From IMG/VR virus record IMGVR_UViG_3300000117_000020, positions 1 to 64,000 of that record: a stretch of DNA of 64,000 nucleotides; one strand, written 5' to 3'. Positions within the stretch are counted from its first letter, which is position 1, and each line of letters opens with the position of its first letter. The position numbers and the translations under genes were made by a program. This DNA is from an uncultured virus (IMG/VR IMGVR_UViG_3300000117_000020). Taxonomy: Duplodnaviria > Heunggongvirae > Uroviricota > Caudoviricetes > Crassvirales. This document shows positions 35,344 to 45,155 of this stretch, piece after piece. Under the pieces are notes generated by a model. It was not told the origin of the DNA. It made no database searches and was given only the letters and a program-made list of their open reading frames with translations.

Positions 35344-37677
35344 ATGTATTTAGGTTCTAATAAGATTCCACAACAAAAATTATCTATAAAAAAGAAAGAT
35401 AAAAAATGGAGAGAAGCATGCGTAGAGGCATACATAGATCTTTCCACAGCTGGTTATAGCGAAAGGCGTGACTGGCTAAAGAGCCTATATGACTATTACA
35501 ACGGTGTAATTGATGATGCAGATTACAGATACGTGTTAAAACCCTACGGTAAAACTAGGGATAATTTCCCCTCTAAAATGCGTAACTATCCTATTATTAA
35601 GCCTATAATCGATCTGCTTTTAGGTGAAAAGTCTAAAAGACCCCTTAATTACACCGTTACCGTACAAAATGCTGATGCTGTTACTCAAAAAGAAAAAGCA
35701 AAGCAAGAATTAATTGTAAAAAATCTACAACAACAATTTGTCAATGTATTAAATGAGCAAGGAATTGAAACAGGATCTCCTAGCGAAGAAGTACAAGCTC
35801 CAGCTGAAATTGCAGCTATGTTTGACAAAACATATGTAGATAACAGGGCTTTAAAAGGACAACAATCTTTAAATTTTATAATGCAAGACCAAGAAATTTA
35901 TGATAAGTTTCAAAAAGCTTGGTTTCATTATTTAATATCTGGAGAAGTATATACTTGGAGAGGGGTTCGTAGTAATGAACCATTTTATGATATATTAAAT
36001 CCTTTAGATATAGATTATGATAAAGATCCAGATCTTGATTTTGTAGAAGATGGGGACTGGGCTTTAGTTAGAAAATATGTACACGCATCTACAATAATAG
36101 ATTATTACAGAGATTTTTTAAATGACGAAGAGATATTATCTTTAGAAGAACCTGAAAATGCAAGTATGGATTCATACTTAACAGTTAGTTCAAGAGCAGA
36201 TGATAGAGAAATGTATAGAGAAAGATTAATTGAAGTTGTATCTGTATATTGGAAGAGTAGAAAAAGAATAGGATTTTTAAGTTACATTGATCCAGAAACT
36301 GGGACTTTAGAAGAAATGCAAGTTGATGAAGCTTACAGAATGCCTAAAGAAATGAAAGATACAGGATCTAAAGTAGAGTATGAATGGGTAAATGAAGTTT
36401 GGGAAGGAACTAGAATTGATGGTAGATTGTATGTAAATATGCAACCTGTAGAAAATCAAAGAACATCAATGGATAACCCATCTAAATGTAAGCTCCCAAT
36501 AAATGGTAGAAAGTATTCTGATCTTAATGCTAAAAATATTTCTTTAGTATCACTAGGTATTCCATATCAATTAAATTATAACATCTACAAATACAGACTA
36601 GAATTATCAATTGCAAAATCAAAAGATATTATTGCACAGTTTGATATTAACATGATTCCAAAGAAATGGGACTTAGATAAGTTTATGTATTATGTAGAAG
36701 GTACAGGTATTGCGTGGGTAGATTACAATAAAGAAGGAATACAATTATCTCCACAACATCAATCTGTGCTTGATATGTCTATTAAAACTATTGCACAGTA
36801 TATACAATTACTAGAATCTATAATGTTAGAATGGGAAAAAGTATCTGGTGTAAATAGACAAAGACAAGGACAGGTAGGTGCGTATGAAGGTAAAGCAACT
36901 TCACAACAAGCTATTGTACAATCATCACATATTACAGAAGATCTGTTTAGAAAATTTTCTAGATTAGAGCAAAGAGATATGCAAGCATTATTAGATTATT
37001 CTAAAGAAGCTTGGATTGCAGGTAAAAAAGGAATGTATGTAATGTCAGATGGTACTACAGAATTTTTTGATATAGATGCTATGGATCATTTAGAATCTGA
37101 GTATGGAATATTTGTTTCTGATTCTGGTAAAGATCAAGATAAATTAGATACACTTAAACAATTGTCACAATCAATGGTACAAAACGGGGTGCCAGCTTCT
37201 ACTATTGCTGAGATGGTAGATGCAGATAGCTTTACAGAAATAAAACATAAAATTAGAGATGCAGAAAAAGCTCAACAACAATTAGCTCAAGCTCAGCAAG
37301 AATCACAGGCTCAACAAGCACAACAAGATGCACAATTAAAAGCTCAAGAGTTAGAAAATGAAAACATGAATAAAGAAGCAGATAGAAACGTTAAGATTCA
37401 AGTTGCAAAAATTGCAGCAGAATCTAGAATAATGTCTGACCAATTTAATTTAGATAAGGAAATGAGAAACGCATCTTTTAAAGAAAAAGATCTTTCTATT
37501 AAACAAAGAGCTAACGAAGAAAAAATAAGATCTAATACAGCAAAAGAACAATTAATTAAATCTGAACAAGAAATGAAAATGGGTGGAGTAAGAGCAGATG
37601 GACAAAGAAAAGATAAAGATTTAAAATTAAAAGAAAAAGCACTAACTCAAAAAGCTAAAAAAGATGCCTCTAACTAG
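35344..37677 (+). CDS. Portal protein
   Basis: 777 aa after TerL. It has IPQQKL, NYPIIKPIIDLLLGE, WVNEVWEG and GVNRQRQG motifs of crAss-like portals, plus a coiled-coil C-terminus. Confidence 0.9.
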   Translation: MYLGSNKIPQQKLSIKKKDKKWREACVEAYIDLSTAGYSERRDWLKSLYDYYNGVIDDADYRYVLKPYGKTRDNFPSKMRNYPIIKPIIDLLLGEKSKRPLNYTVTVQNADAVTQKEKAKQELIVKNLQQQFVNVLNEQGIETGSPSEEVQAPAEIAAMFDKTYVDNRALKGQQSLNFIMQDQEIYDKFQKAWFHYLISGEVYTWRGVRSNEPFYDILNPLDIDYDKDPDLDFVEDGDWALVRKYVHASTIIDYYRDFLNDEEILSLEEPENASMDSYLTVSSRADDREMYRERLIEVVSVYWKSRKRIGFLSYIDPETGTLEEMQVDEAYRMPKEMKDTGSKVEYEWVNEVWEGTRIDGRLYVNMQPVENQRTSMDNPSKCKLPINGRKYSDLNAKNISLVSLGIPYQLNYNIYKYRLELSIAKSKDIIAQFDINMIPKKWDLDKFMYYVEGTGIAWVDYNKEGIQLSPQHQSVLDMSIKTIAQYIQLLESIMLEWEKVSGVNRQRQGQVGAYEGKATSQQAIVQSSHITEDLFRKFSRLEQRDMQALLDYSKEAWIAGKKGMYVMSDGTTEFFDIDAMDHLESEYGIFVSDSGKDQDKLDTLKQLSQSMVQNGVPASTIAEMVDADSFTEIKHKIRDAEKAQQQLAQAQQESQAQQAQQDAQLKAQELENENMNKEADRNVKIQVAKIAAESRIMSDQFNLDKEMRNASFKEKDLSIKQRANEEKIRSNTAKEQLIKSEQEMKMGGVRADGQRKDKDLKLKEKALTQKAKKDASN

Positions 37678-38128
37678 TCAAGAAAAAATACAGCTTATGA
37701 AACAAGCTTATAGTGAAGGGTACAAAGGATCTTTTACAGAGTTATTTATAGCTAATGATCCAAACCCAGAACAAGATCCTAATTTAAGCATGCCAGAAAT
37801 ACAACCTGAAAATGCACCACAATCATCACCTGCAGCTGTAGAGATGGGGCCAGATGCAATGCCCCCAATGTTAAATAATCAAAATACAATAGAACAGGAA
37901 AATGCTGCTCCGTCACAACAATTAGTACAAAGTTATGGATCAGAAACAGCAGGAAACATGCCTACAGGTGAAAGAGTAGAAACAACATTAGAAAATCCTG
38001 GGCAATATAAAGATGGTGGATATAAGTTAGATAATAACTATGCTGATAACTATCTTAAAGACTATCTTAAAAAAGAAGGTGGGTATAAATGGGATTTAGA
38101 AAAGATGAAATCTTTTAATAAAAAATAA
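37664..38128 (+). CDS. Low-complexity Pro/Gln/Glu-rich protein (possible internal virion protein)
   Basis: 154 aa with KDGG and KEGG motifs. Confidence 0.65.
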   Translation: MPLTSQEKIQLMKQAYSEGYKGSFTELFIANDPNPEQDPNLSMPEIQPENAPQSSPAAVEMGPDAMPPMLNNQNTIEQENAAPSQQLVQSYGSETAGNMPTGERVETTLENPGQYKDGGYKLDNNYADNYLKDYLKKEGGYKWDLEKMKSFNKK

Positions 38129-38200
38129 GTGTTATATATTAAAGAGGCACTCTAAATACATTTTTGATAATAAAAACCAATTAATAATAAGTATTTTTGT
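38128..38200 (+). promoter_or_regulatory. Putative late promoter (scaffold-MCP)
   Basis: AGTGTTATAT..TAAAGA box 64 nt before TATTTTTG. Confidence 0.6.
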
Positions 38201-38221
38201 AATACTAAAAACAGACAACCA

Positions 38222-39376
38222 ATGAATACAGACGATAAAAAAATAAACATAGATGATATTTCTTTTGACGATATGTTAGGAGAAGGTATTGAAGACGCAG
38301 TTGAAACTGCAGAACCTATAGAAGTTGAACCTAAACTAAAAGAAGGTGAAGAAAAGAGTGATCAAATTTTGGCAGAAGCTAATCTTGATGATGACGCTGC
38401 TTCTAAACAAGAAGAAGAGGAACAAGAAGAAGAGGATGAAGAGGTTAAGAAACCAGTTTCTAAAAAGACAAAAAAGACAGAAGTTTCAAAAGAGACTGAT
38501 GAAGTTGAGGCAGAAAGAGTAGAAGATGATACAATTGTAGGAGCAGTCTTAGCAAAACTTGGATATGACGTTGATGACAAATATGATGATACTACTGAAG
38601 GTTTAGTAGAATTAACAAAAGACATTGGTGTTCAAATGGCAGATGAAAATCTAGATAAATTATTTGAACAGTTTCCATTAGTTAAAGATCACATGGAATA
38701 CGTAATGTCAGGAGGTAAAAGTCAAGATTTTATGGGTATGCATGATCCTAGATCAGATTACTCTAGAGTTAAGATGTCTCAAGATGACACACAGGTTCAA
38801 AAATATTTTTTAGCAGAATATTTTAAAACTAAAGGTCATGATAGTGAGTTTATTAATGAGTTGTTAGAAGATTATGAAGACAACGGTAAACTTTATAATA
38901 AAGCAGTTAATGCACAAAAAGCATTAGTTAGTTCTCAAGCTACTTATCGAAAAAATGCTGTTGAACAACAAAAGCAAGAGCAGATAAAAGCTAAAGAAGA
39001 ACAAAAAAAGTTTTGGGATGGTGTTTATGAAACTATAGATACATCACAAAGTTTTAAAGGGCTTGCGGTCCCAGAAAGAGAAAAAAATAAATTTTTTGAT
39101 TATCTTTCTAAACCTGTAACCAAAGAAGGTTACACGCAAAGAGATTTAGACCATACAGAATCTGATATGGATACTAAACTTGCAATTGACTATTTAATGT
39201 TTAAAGGTTTTAATCTAGAAAAGATGATAGACATAAAAGCTAGAACAAAAAGTACGCGTACTTTAAAAGATAAAATAGTAAGTAGCAAGGAACGTGTTAA
39301 AAGCAGTAAATCTGCCAAAAGAACACCAAAGTATTCAGATGTAGATATTGATGATTTAAATTTAGATTTGTTTTAA
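38222..39376 (+). CDS. Capsid scaffolding-like protein
   Basis: Very acidic N-terminus and coiled coils; lies immediately upstream of the MCP. Confidence 0.7.
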   Translation: MNTDDKKINIDDISFDDMLGEGIEDAVETAEPIEVEPKLKEGEEKSDQILAEANLDDDAASKQEEEEQEEEDEEVKKPVSKKTKKTEVSKETDEVEAERVEDDTIVGAVLAKLGYDVDDKYDDTTEGLVELTKDIGVQMADENLDKLFEQFPLVKDHMEYVMSGGKSQDFMGMHDPRSDYSRVKMSQDDTQVQKYFLAEYFKTKGHDSEFINELLEDYEDNGKLYNKAVNAQKALVSSQATYRKNAVEQQKQEQIKAKEEQKKFWDGVYETIDTSQSFKGLAVPEREKNKFFDYLSKPVTKEGYTQRDLDHTESDMDTKLAIDYLMFKGFNLEKMIDIKARTKSTRTLKDKIVSSKERVKSSKSAKRTPKYSDVDIDDLNLDLF

Positions 39377-39405
39377 CCTATTAACTTTTAAAAAAATAAT
39401 AAATT

Positions 39406-40860
39406 ATGGCAATGTCACAACAAGGTAAGAACATTAGCGTTGTAAAAACGTTTTATAATGATTCTCAAATGACTGATATGAACAGTCTAGCGAACGCCCT
39501 TATGTCAAAGCCTACTGAATTATCTCCGATTATCACACATTTGGCTGGTAAAGACGATAAAAGATTCCCACTATCATTCTTGACGGAAGGGGTTGGAAAC
39601 GTTAAGTCAATGGATAGATTGGAATATGAATATCGTGTATCTACTCACAAGAGAAAGACACGACCAGTAGCAACGACAAATAGTGGTGGAAACTTAGGTC
39701 AAGCAGGAGGGACCTTCACATTAGAATTTCCTGACAAATGGTTTGTATTTCCTTACGTACTAGTAAACTCCGCAGGAGAATTAGCACGTATTATGAAAGA
39801 ACCAGAAGCAGCAGCAGGAACAGGAAATTGGAAATATACATTACAATTAGTTAACCCATCTACAAGTGCAACATTATCTTCAGGATTTACTGCAGGCGAT
39901 CTTTGGGCTCAATTGTATGCACCAGTAGGAGTTGATTTCTCAAGAGGAAACGCTTCAAACTGGGAAACTCCAGCTTTAGTTCGTAACAAAATTGGTACAG
40001 TAAGAAAATCTTATCACATGTCTGGTCACGCGCGAGACTATGTAGTTGAGTTTGGATTACCTACTAAAGGAGGAGCGACTACAAAATTATGGATGGATTA
40101 TGAAGAATATCAACACATGCTTAACTTTAAAGAAGAGTGTGAGATGTTCTACTGGTACGGACAAAAAACATATAATNCTGACGGACACACTTTCATGAAA
40201 GATGAAAATGGTCAGCCAGTAATTGTTGGTCCAGGATTACTTGAACAAATCGTTAATAAAGATTCTTACTCTACAATGACAGAGACTAAGATCAAAAACA
40301 TTATTGGTGATTTATTCTATGGTATGACTGATGCTAACAAAAAACAAGTAACGCTTTATACGGGTACTGGTGGTATGCGTGAATTTGATGAAGCTCTTAA
40401 AAATCACTTTACAACAGCTGCAGGCTCTTGGAAAGTTGGTGGAGAGAATAGGTTCATCACTGGTTCAGGTAGATCATTAGGACTTTCTGGGTACTTTACT
40501 TCTTACGAGCACGTAGACGGACATACAGTAAATGTAGTTAAACTACCTTTATTTGATCATGGTCCTGTTGCTCAAGCAGCTGGTAAACACCCTGTAACTG
40601 GTTACTCACTTGAATCATACAGAATGGTATTTGTTGATCAGTCTAATTATGACGGTCAAGCAAACCTTCAAATGCTTTCTAAAAAAGGAAGAGAAATGAT
40701 GAGATGGTGTGTTGCTGGTAGTGTAGTGCCTAGAGGTTTTGACGGAGGAAGTGCAAGAGCATCTGATGTAGATGGTGCTTCTGTTCACATGTTAAAAACA
40801 GCTGGTATCATTTTGAAAAGATTTGATACTTCTCTAGATATTACGTGTACAGCGTCCTAG
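39406..40860 (+). CDS. Major capsid protein
   Basis: 484 aa at the canonical position; motifs FPL.FLTEG, G.GLLEQI, LYTG.GGMREFD.A and LPLFD. Confidence 0.9.
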   Translation: MAMSQQGKNISVVKTFYNDSQMTDMNSLANALMSKPTELSPIITHLAGKDDKRFPLSFLTEGVGNVKSMDRLEYEYRVSTHKRKTRPVATTNSGGNLGQAGGTFTLEFPDKWFVFPYVLVNSAGELARIMKEPEAAAGTGNWKYTLQLVNPSTSATLSSGFTAGDLWAQLYAPVGVDFSRGNASNWETPALVRNKIGTVRKSYHMSGHARDYVVEFGLPTKGGATTKLWMDYEEYQHMLNFKEECEMFYWYGQKTYNXDGHTFMKDENGQPVIVGPGLLEQIVNKDSYSTMTETKIKNIIGDLFYGMTDANKKQVTLYTGTGGMREFDEALKNHFTTAAGSWKVGGENRFITGSGRSLGLSGYFTSYEHVDGHTVNVVKLPLFDHGPVAQAAGKHPVTGYSLESYRMVFVDQSNYDGQANLQMLSKKGREMMRWCVAGSVVPRGFDGGSARASDVDGASVHMLKTAGIILKRFDTSLDITCTAS

Positions 40861-40862
40861 AG

Positions 40863-40997
40863 TAACATAAGGATACTTATGTTATATTCACGTTGCATCG
40901 TGAAGTCTATATAAATTGGTTTTTAGTTAGGTTGTAGGGTTAATCCCCTGCAACCGCTAAAAGCTTTCACATAGAGGGATTATTCTTTCTCTCTATT
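40863..40997 (+). promoter_or_regulatory. Four tandem hairpins downstream of the MCP gene
   Basis: TAACATAAG/CTTATGTTA, TTCACG/CGTGAA, GGTTGTAGGG/CCCTGCAACC and ATAGAGGGA/TCTCTCTAT. Confidence 0.6.
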
Positions 40998-41024
40998 AAT
41001 AATAATTAAAAAAGAACTGAAATT

Positions 41025-41837
41025 ATGGCAAGTAAAAAAATTTTTCTTAGGAGAAAAGATGTAGATTCTTTTCTACCTCAAGAACTGCGAGCTGAGGCAG
41101 TAATGAAACTTAGTAGTGTTTTTGTAAACAGACAACCTTTAAAAGGATTTGATTATGAAGATGAAAAAAAATATCTAAATGGAATATTAGATGTTGATCC
41201 AGCTAACCATGAATGGCCAAAGTTTGCAAAAACATTTTGGGCAGATATGACAATACCAGTTGGATTTGAAGGAGTTGAACTCGAAATTGGTAAAGATGAA
41301 TCAGGAAATCCAATACAAATAATGGATTTTATAAAATATAATTTTGCACTTAGACATCCACACACCGCTTTAAGTAAAGAGGAAATGGACAAAGATTACA
41401 AAAAAAGATTTTATATTCAAGACACATCTAAAGACGATTTAAAAAAGAATATCCAAGTCCAATTTAAAAAGGATGCAGATAAAGAGTTTATAAAACTATC
41501 TTCGGATGCAAAAGCAATGAAATGGGTATTAAGATTAGTATCAGATATTAATCCAGATACCATGTCAAGAGAGCAAATAGAAAATATGTTGTATGATGTT
41601 AAAGAAAAACAACCAAAGAAATTTTTGAAAATTGCTACAGACAAACAACTTAGTATGAAAGCAGAGATTGAAGAAATGGTTTCAGCTGGAATATTAAGAA
41701 AAATTGGAAATCAAATTGTCTTTATAGATGAAATATTAGGAGATACTTTAGAGAATGCTATATTACATTTAAAAGATAAAAAGAATTCTAGTAAATTAAC
41801 AATATTAAGAGCAAAACTTAAAGAATTAGTAGCATAA
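41025..41837 (+). CDS. crAss-like structural-module protein following the MCP (gp75-like)
   Basis: 270 aa; assigned by synteny. Confidence 0.6.
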   Translation: MASKKIFLRRKDVDSFLPQELRAEAVMKLSSVFVNRQPLKGFDYEDEKKYLNGILDVDPANHEWPKFAKTFWADMTIPVGFEGVELEIGKDESGNPIQIMDFIKYNFALRHPHTALSKEEMDKDYKKRFYIQDTSKDDLKKNIQVQFKKDADKEFIKLSSDAKAMKWVLRLVSDINPDTMSREQIENMLYDVKEKQPKKFLKIATDKQLSMKAEIEEMVSAGILRKIGNQIVFIDEILGDTLENAILHLKDKKNSSKLTILRAKLKELVA

Positions 41838-43082
41838 ATGAATATACAAGAAATGCACTTATCAGTAATGCAGGGCGTGGACAAAATTCACGCCCAAGTT
41901 GCTGACACAATTTTAACAAGTGAATTAGATAGAGAGCTTAATAAGGCTATCCAAAAATTTGTTACAACGCGTTTCCAAAAAGGTAATAAGTATTTTAAAG
42001 GATTTGAAGAGTCTCAAAAACGAAGAGATGATCTAAGAACTTTAGTAAGAGAAACAATTCTTGAGACTTCTTTTAAAGAACAGTTACAAACAGCAAGTCA
42101 CCCAGGTGGTGCTTTGTTTACAGATACTGTGTTTTTACCTAGTGATTACATGTATTTAATTAATATTAATACGGAAATTAAAAGATTACCTACATGTACA
42201 CCAATAGGATATAATATAACAGATCAAGATCCTGTATATTATTTTATATTTAGTTTAAATGATTTTGTAGGACAGAATCAATTTAATGATAGTACAGAGT
42301 GGATAAGTCAGATACAAATGTTTGCTGATGTATCCGACCCAACAACAAGTGTTATGGAACCAGCTTGGGAATGGGGCACATCAGATTGGACAGCAGAGAA
42401 TGAACCAACTGTTTTTCCAAGCACTGGAACAGGATTTAATCCACAACCTGATAATCAAAATTTATCTTCAGGCCTAGTACAGTGTATTTTAGATGAATGG
42501 CAACTTGGAGAAATATTTTGGGAAAACTGGCCAATAGGTGGGTCACAAATAAGTTACCCAAACAGTTTTATAGCTGTTGTAGATATTGAAGCTTATCCAT
42601 GGTTAAATTTTGATGGATCTTTAGGAGACATAACTTATTTAGCTGGATTTAACAGCGATAATTTTATAACAGTACAAACACCTTTATTATTTAAGGGTGA
42701 TGTATTAAACCAAAAACGAATCCCAACAAGTAATACTTGGGGATCGTATTTAAAAGAGAAATACTCTTGTAGAATGGTACAACATGATGATATACATTCA
42801 ATGATTGGGGATCCTTTTAATAAAACAAAATACAGTTCTCCCCTCACTGTAATGAGAGGAAACCACATAGATGTTTACACTGATGATGTATTTATAACAG
42901 ATAAAATCAGATTAACATATATAAGACAACCTGCTGTAGTTAATTTACAAACGGGATTGAGTTGTGATCTTCCAGATCATACTCATGAAGAAATTGTAAG
43001 ACTTGCAGTAGCGAGTATCTTGGAAGCTATTTCCGACCCAAGATATGCAACTCACGCAGGTGAAGTGCAAAGTATGGAATAA
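41838..43082 (+). CDS. Ring/adaptor protein (crAss gp74-like) with an internal insertion
   Basis: MNIQEMH...LNKA...GFEESQKRRDDLRTLV N-terminus and YIRQP...CDLPDHTHEEIV.LAV C-terminus. Confidence 0.7.
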   Translation: MNIQEMHLSVMQGVDKIHAQVADTILTSELDRELNKAIQKFVTTRFQKGNKYFKGFEESQKRRDDLRTLVRETILETSFKEQLQTASHPGGALFTDTVFLPSDYMYLININTEIKRLPTCTPIGYNITDQDPVYYFIFSLNDFVGQNQFNDSTEWISQIQMFADVSDPTTSVMEPAWEWGTSDWTAENEPTVFPSTGTGFNPQPDNQNLSSGLVQCILDEWQLGEIFWENWPIGGSQISYPNSFIAVVDIEAYPWLNFDGSLGDITYLAGFNSDNFITVQTPLLFKGDVLNQKRIPTSNTWGSYLKEKYSCRMVQHDDIHSMIGDPFNKTKYSSPLTVMRGNHIDVYTDDVFITDKIRLTYIRQPAVVNLQTGLSCDLPDHTHEEIVRLAVASILEAISDPRYATHAGEVQSME

Positions 43083-43116
43083 ATAAATATTTAGTAATAA
43101 TTTAAAATAATTTGAC

Positions 43117-44064
43117 ATGAGACAATTATTAGTTAGTCCAGAAACACCAGTAGCGGTAAGTTATACAAATGGCTTATTAGCAAACGGTGCTATAGACATA
43201 CAAAAAAAAGATTCTAATGGTGAAGTTACATCATTAGCTCCAGGGGACACTATTGCAGATGCCCCAGAAATTAGATTTGTGCAAGGAACAGCAGCAGAGA
43301 ACATTGTATCTCCATGGATTGCAGGAAGAAATGTGATGGTATTTGATGGTAAATCTTATAATGCTCCCGTAGCTTCTACAGGAACAGTAAGTGCATCAAA
43401 CAATAATTCAACTTCAGCTGGTACAGTAGAAATAAAATTTATAAGAAAAGATAGACAACCACAAGAGTTTTTTAGCTATTCAGTGGATATTGCATCTGGT
43501 TTAGCTTATGCTGACCAAGATGATTTAATTCACGATCAATTTGAAGCCTTAACAAACATACCAGACTGGTTAAATCCTTTAGCTGTAATTAGTGCTACAG
43601 GTACAGTAACCTATACAGGTGCTAAAAATGGTGATGTTGCACAAAGTGGTGCTATTTGGGATGAAGGTTCTGTTGTATTTGATGTAATAATCAATGAAAC
43701 TGCAGCAATCGGTGGTACAATTTATACTGATGCAAGTGATGTAGTAGATGCTGTAATGGGATCAGGTGATGGTTATGATGTAAAGAAATTAGAAGATTCT
43801 TTAATGGGATCTACTTATGGATACTACAACAGACTTAAACTTCCTAACACTCCAGCTAATAAAGCTGCGGTAGCAGGTAATTATGATATGTACACTATTG
43901 TAGCTACTAAAGATGGAAGTACTTCTCCACAAATTAAAGGTGTAGACAATTTAATGGAAATTTACGTTGCTATCGATGAAGCAACTGCAACTATTACTTC
44001 AGCATTTGAAGGGGCTTTAAATCCTTATCTGTATTCTGCTGGATATGGTAATGTAAATTTATAA
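43117..44064 (+). CDS. Virion structural protein (gp73-like / auxiliary capsid)
   Basis: Ala/Thr/Gly-rich 315 aa with GSG.GY.V..LE...GY.NR; assigned partly by synteny. Confidence 0.55.
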   Translation: MRQLLVSPETPVAVSYTNGLLANGAIDIQKKDSNGEVTSLAPGDTIADAPEIRFVQGTAAENIVSPWIAGRNVMVFDGKSYNAPVASTGTVSASNNNSTSAGTVEIKFIRKDRQPQEFFSYSVDIASGLAYADQDDLIHDQFEALTNIPDWLNPLAVISATGTVTYTGAKNGDVAQSGAIWDEGSVVFDVIINETAAIGGTIYTDASDVVDAVMGSGDGYDVKKLEDSLMGSTYGYYNRLKLPNTPANKAAVAGNYDMYTIVATKDGSTSPQIKGVDNLMEIYVAIDEATATITSAFEGALNPYLYSAGYGNVNL

Positions 44065-44090
44065 TATTAATTTTTTAAAAATATAATAAA

Positions 44091-44558
44091 ATGGCAAATA
44101 ATATAATTCAACCAGTAATCGTAAAAGCGGTTTGGGACATAAGCGTTAGCGGCAATTTAGCTACTAATGCTTCTCACAGTGCAACTACGCCAGTAATTAT
44201 TCCTGAAGGAGCTTTAATTACTAGAGCTTGGACATTTTGTGAAACTGCAATTACTGATGATGGTGACAACTCAACAACATTAGCTTTAGGTTATACTGGA
44301 GCTACTGGAGCTTTTATTGCGGCAGTTGCATGTAATACAGTTCAGTATGCAGCAGGGATTGGAACAACGTTAGTTGAAAACTATGCTTTAGATGGTGGTG
44401 CTTTAACAGCATTAAATATGGGTATAGCAAGAGACGCAACGTTAATTCACCTTACTGCAGATAAAGAGTTATTGTTAACTCTAAACAACGATCATATCGT
44501 TGATGCTGGTAAACTTACTTTGTTCGTTGAATACGTACAAACAGGTCAAATAGCATAA
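44091..44558 (+). CDS. Putative capsid decoration protein
   Basis: IPEGALITRAW...AGKLTLFVEY jelly-roll-like pattern. Confidence 0.55.
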   Translation: MANNIIQPVIVKAVWDISVSGNLATNASHSATTPVIIPEGALITRAWTFCETAITDDGDNSTTLALGYTGATGAFIAAVACNTVQYAAGIGTTLVENYALDGGALTALNMGIARDATLIHLTADKELLLTLNNDHIVDAGKLTLFVEYVQTGQIA

Positions 44559-44575
44559 TAGCTTAATAACAATAT

Positions 44576-44611
44576 TAGATAAGGGGGCCTACGGGTCCCC
44601 TATATCTATTT
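44576..44611 (+). terminator. Stem-loop terminator with a cUACGg tetraloop
   Basis: AGGGGGCC-TACG-GGTCCCCT, flanked by AGATA/TATCT. Confidence 0.7.
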
Positions 44612-44628
44612 AACACACATTTAATAAT

Positions 44629-45153
44629 ATGGTGAATTTAAGTATGTCTACAACAGATGACTGTAGATTTTTACAAGGACAATACAGCGGTAGTAATCCA
44701 GGACCAGCAACATTAGTTATTTCTAATAACGGCTCAGTAGTTGCAACATATAGTATAAGTATTCTATTGTCTGCGGACGGAGAAATACCTATTCCACAAA
44801 ATTTTGTGTACAGCATTCCAGAAGTAATTGGAGAAGATCCAGGTGTTATAACAGCAGTTATTACAGATTTTGAAGGACAAATTGTAAATGCAGGAGCATT
44901 AAGTTCTTGTTTTTTAGATTGTTGTTTAGCAGATAAAACTTTAGAATTAACAGAGTGTAACTGTGGAGAACCTCAATGTGATAAAACTTTAATGGAAGCT
45001 CAAAGATTGTTTTTATTAATACAGTCAGTTAATACTCTTTTAGCTAATATACCATCAGACGCAAGTATAGCATCTGGTGTTATTCAAAAAGCTGTAGATG
45101 CTTATAATTCAGCCAAAACCCAATGTACATCTTTTTGTGGGTGTAACTGTTAA
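44629..45153 (+). CDS. Cys-rich hypothetical virion protein
   Basis: 174 aa with CFLDCC, CNC and a terminal CGCNC. Confidence 0.65.
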   Translation: MVNLSMSTTDDCRFLQGQYSGSNPGPATLVISNNGSVVATYSISILLSADGEIPIPQNFVYSIPEVIGEDPGVITAVITDFEGQIVNAGALSSCFLDCCLADKTLELTECNCGEPQCDKTLMEAQRLFLLIQSVNTLLANIPSDASIASGVIQKAVDAYNSAKTQCTSFCGCNC

Positions 45154-45155
45154 TT

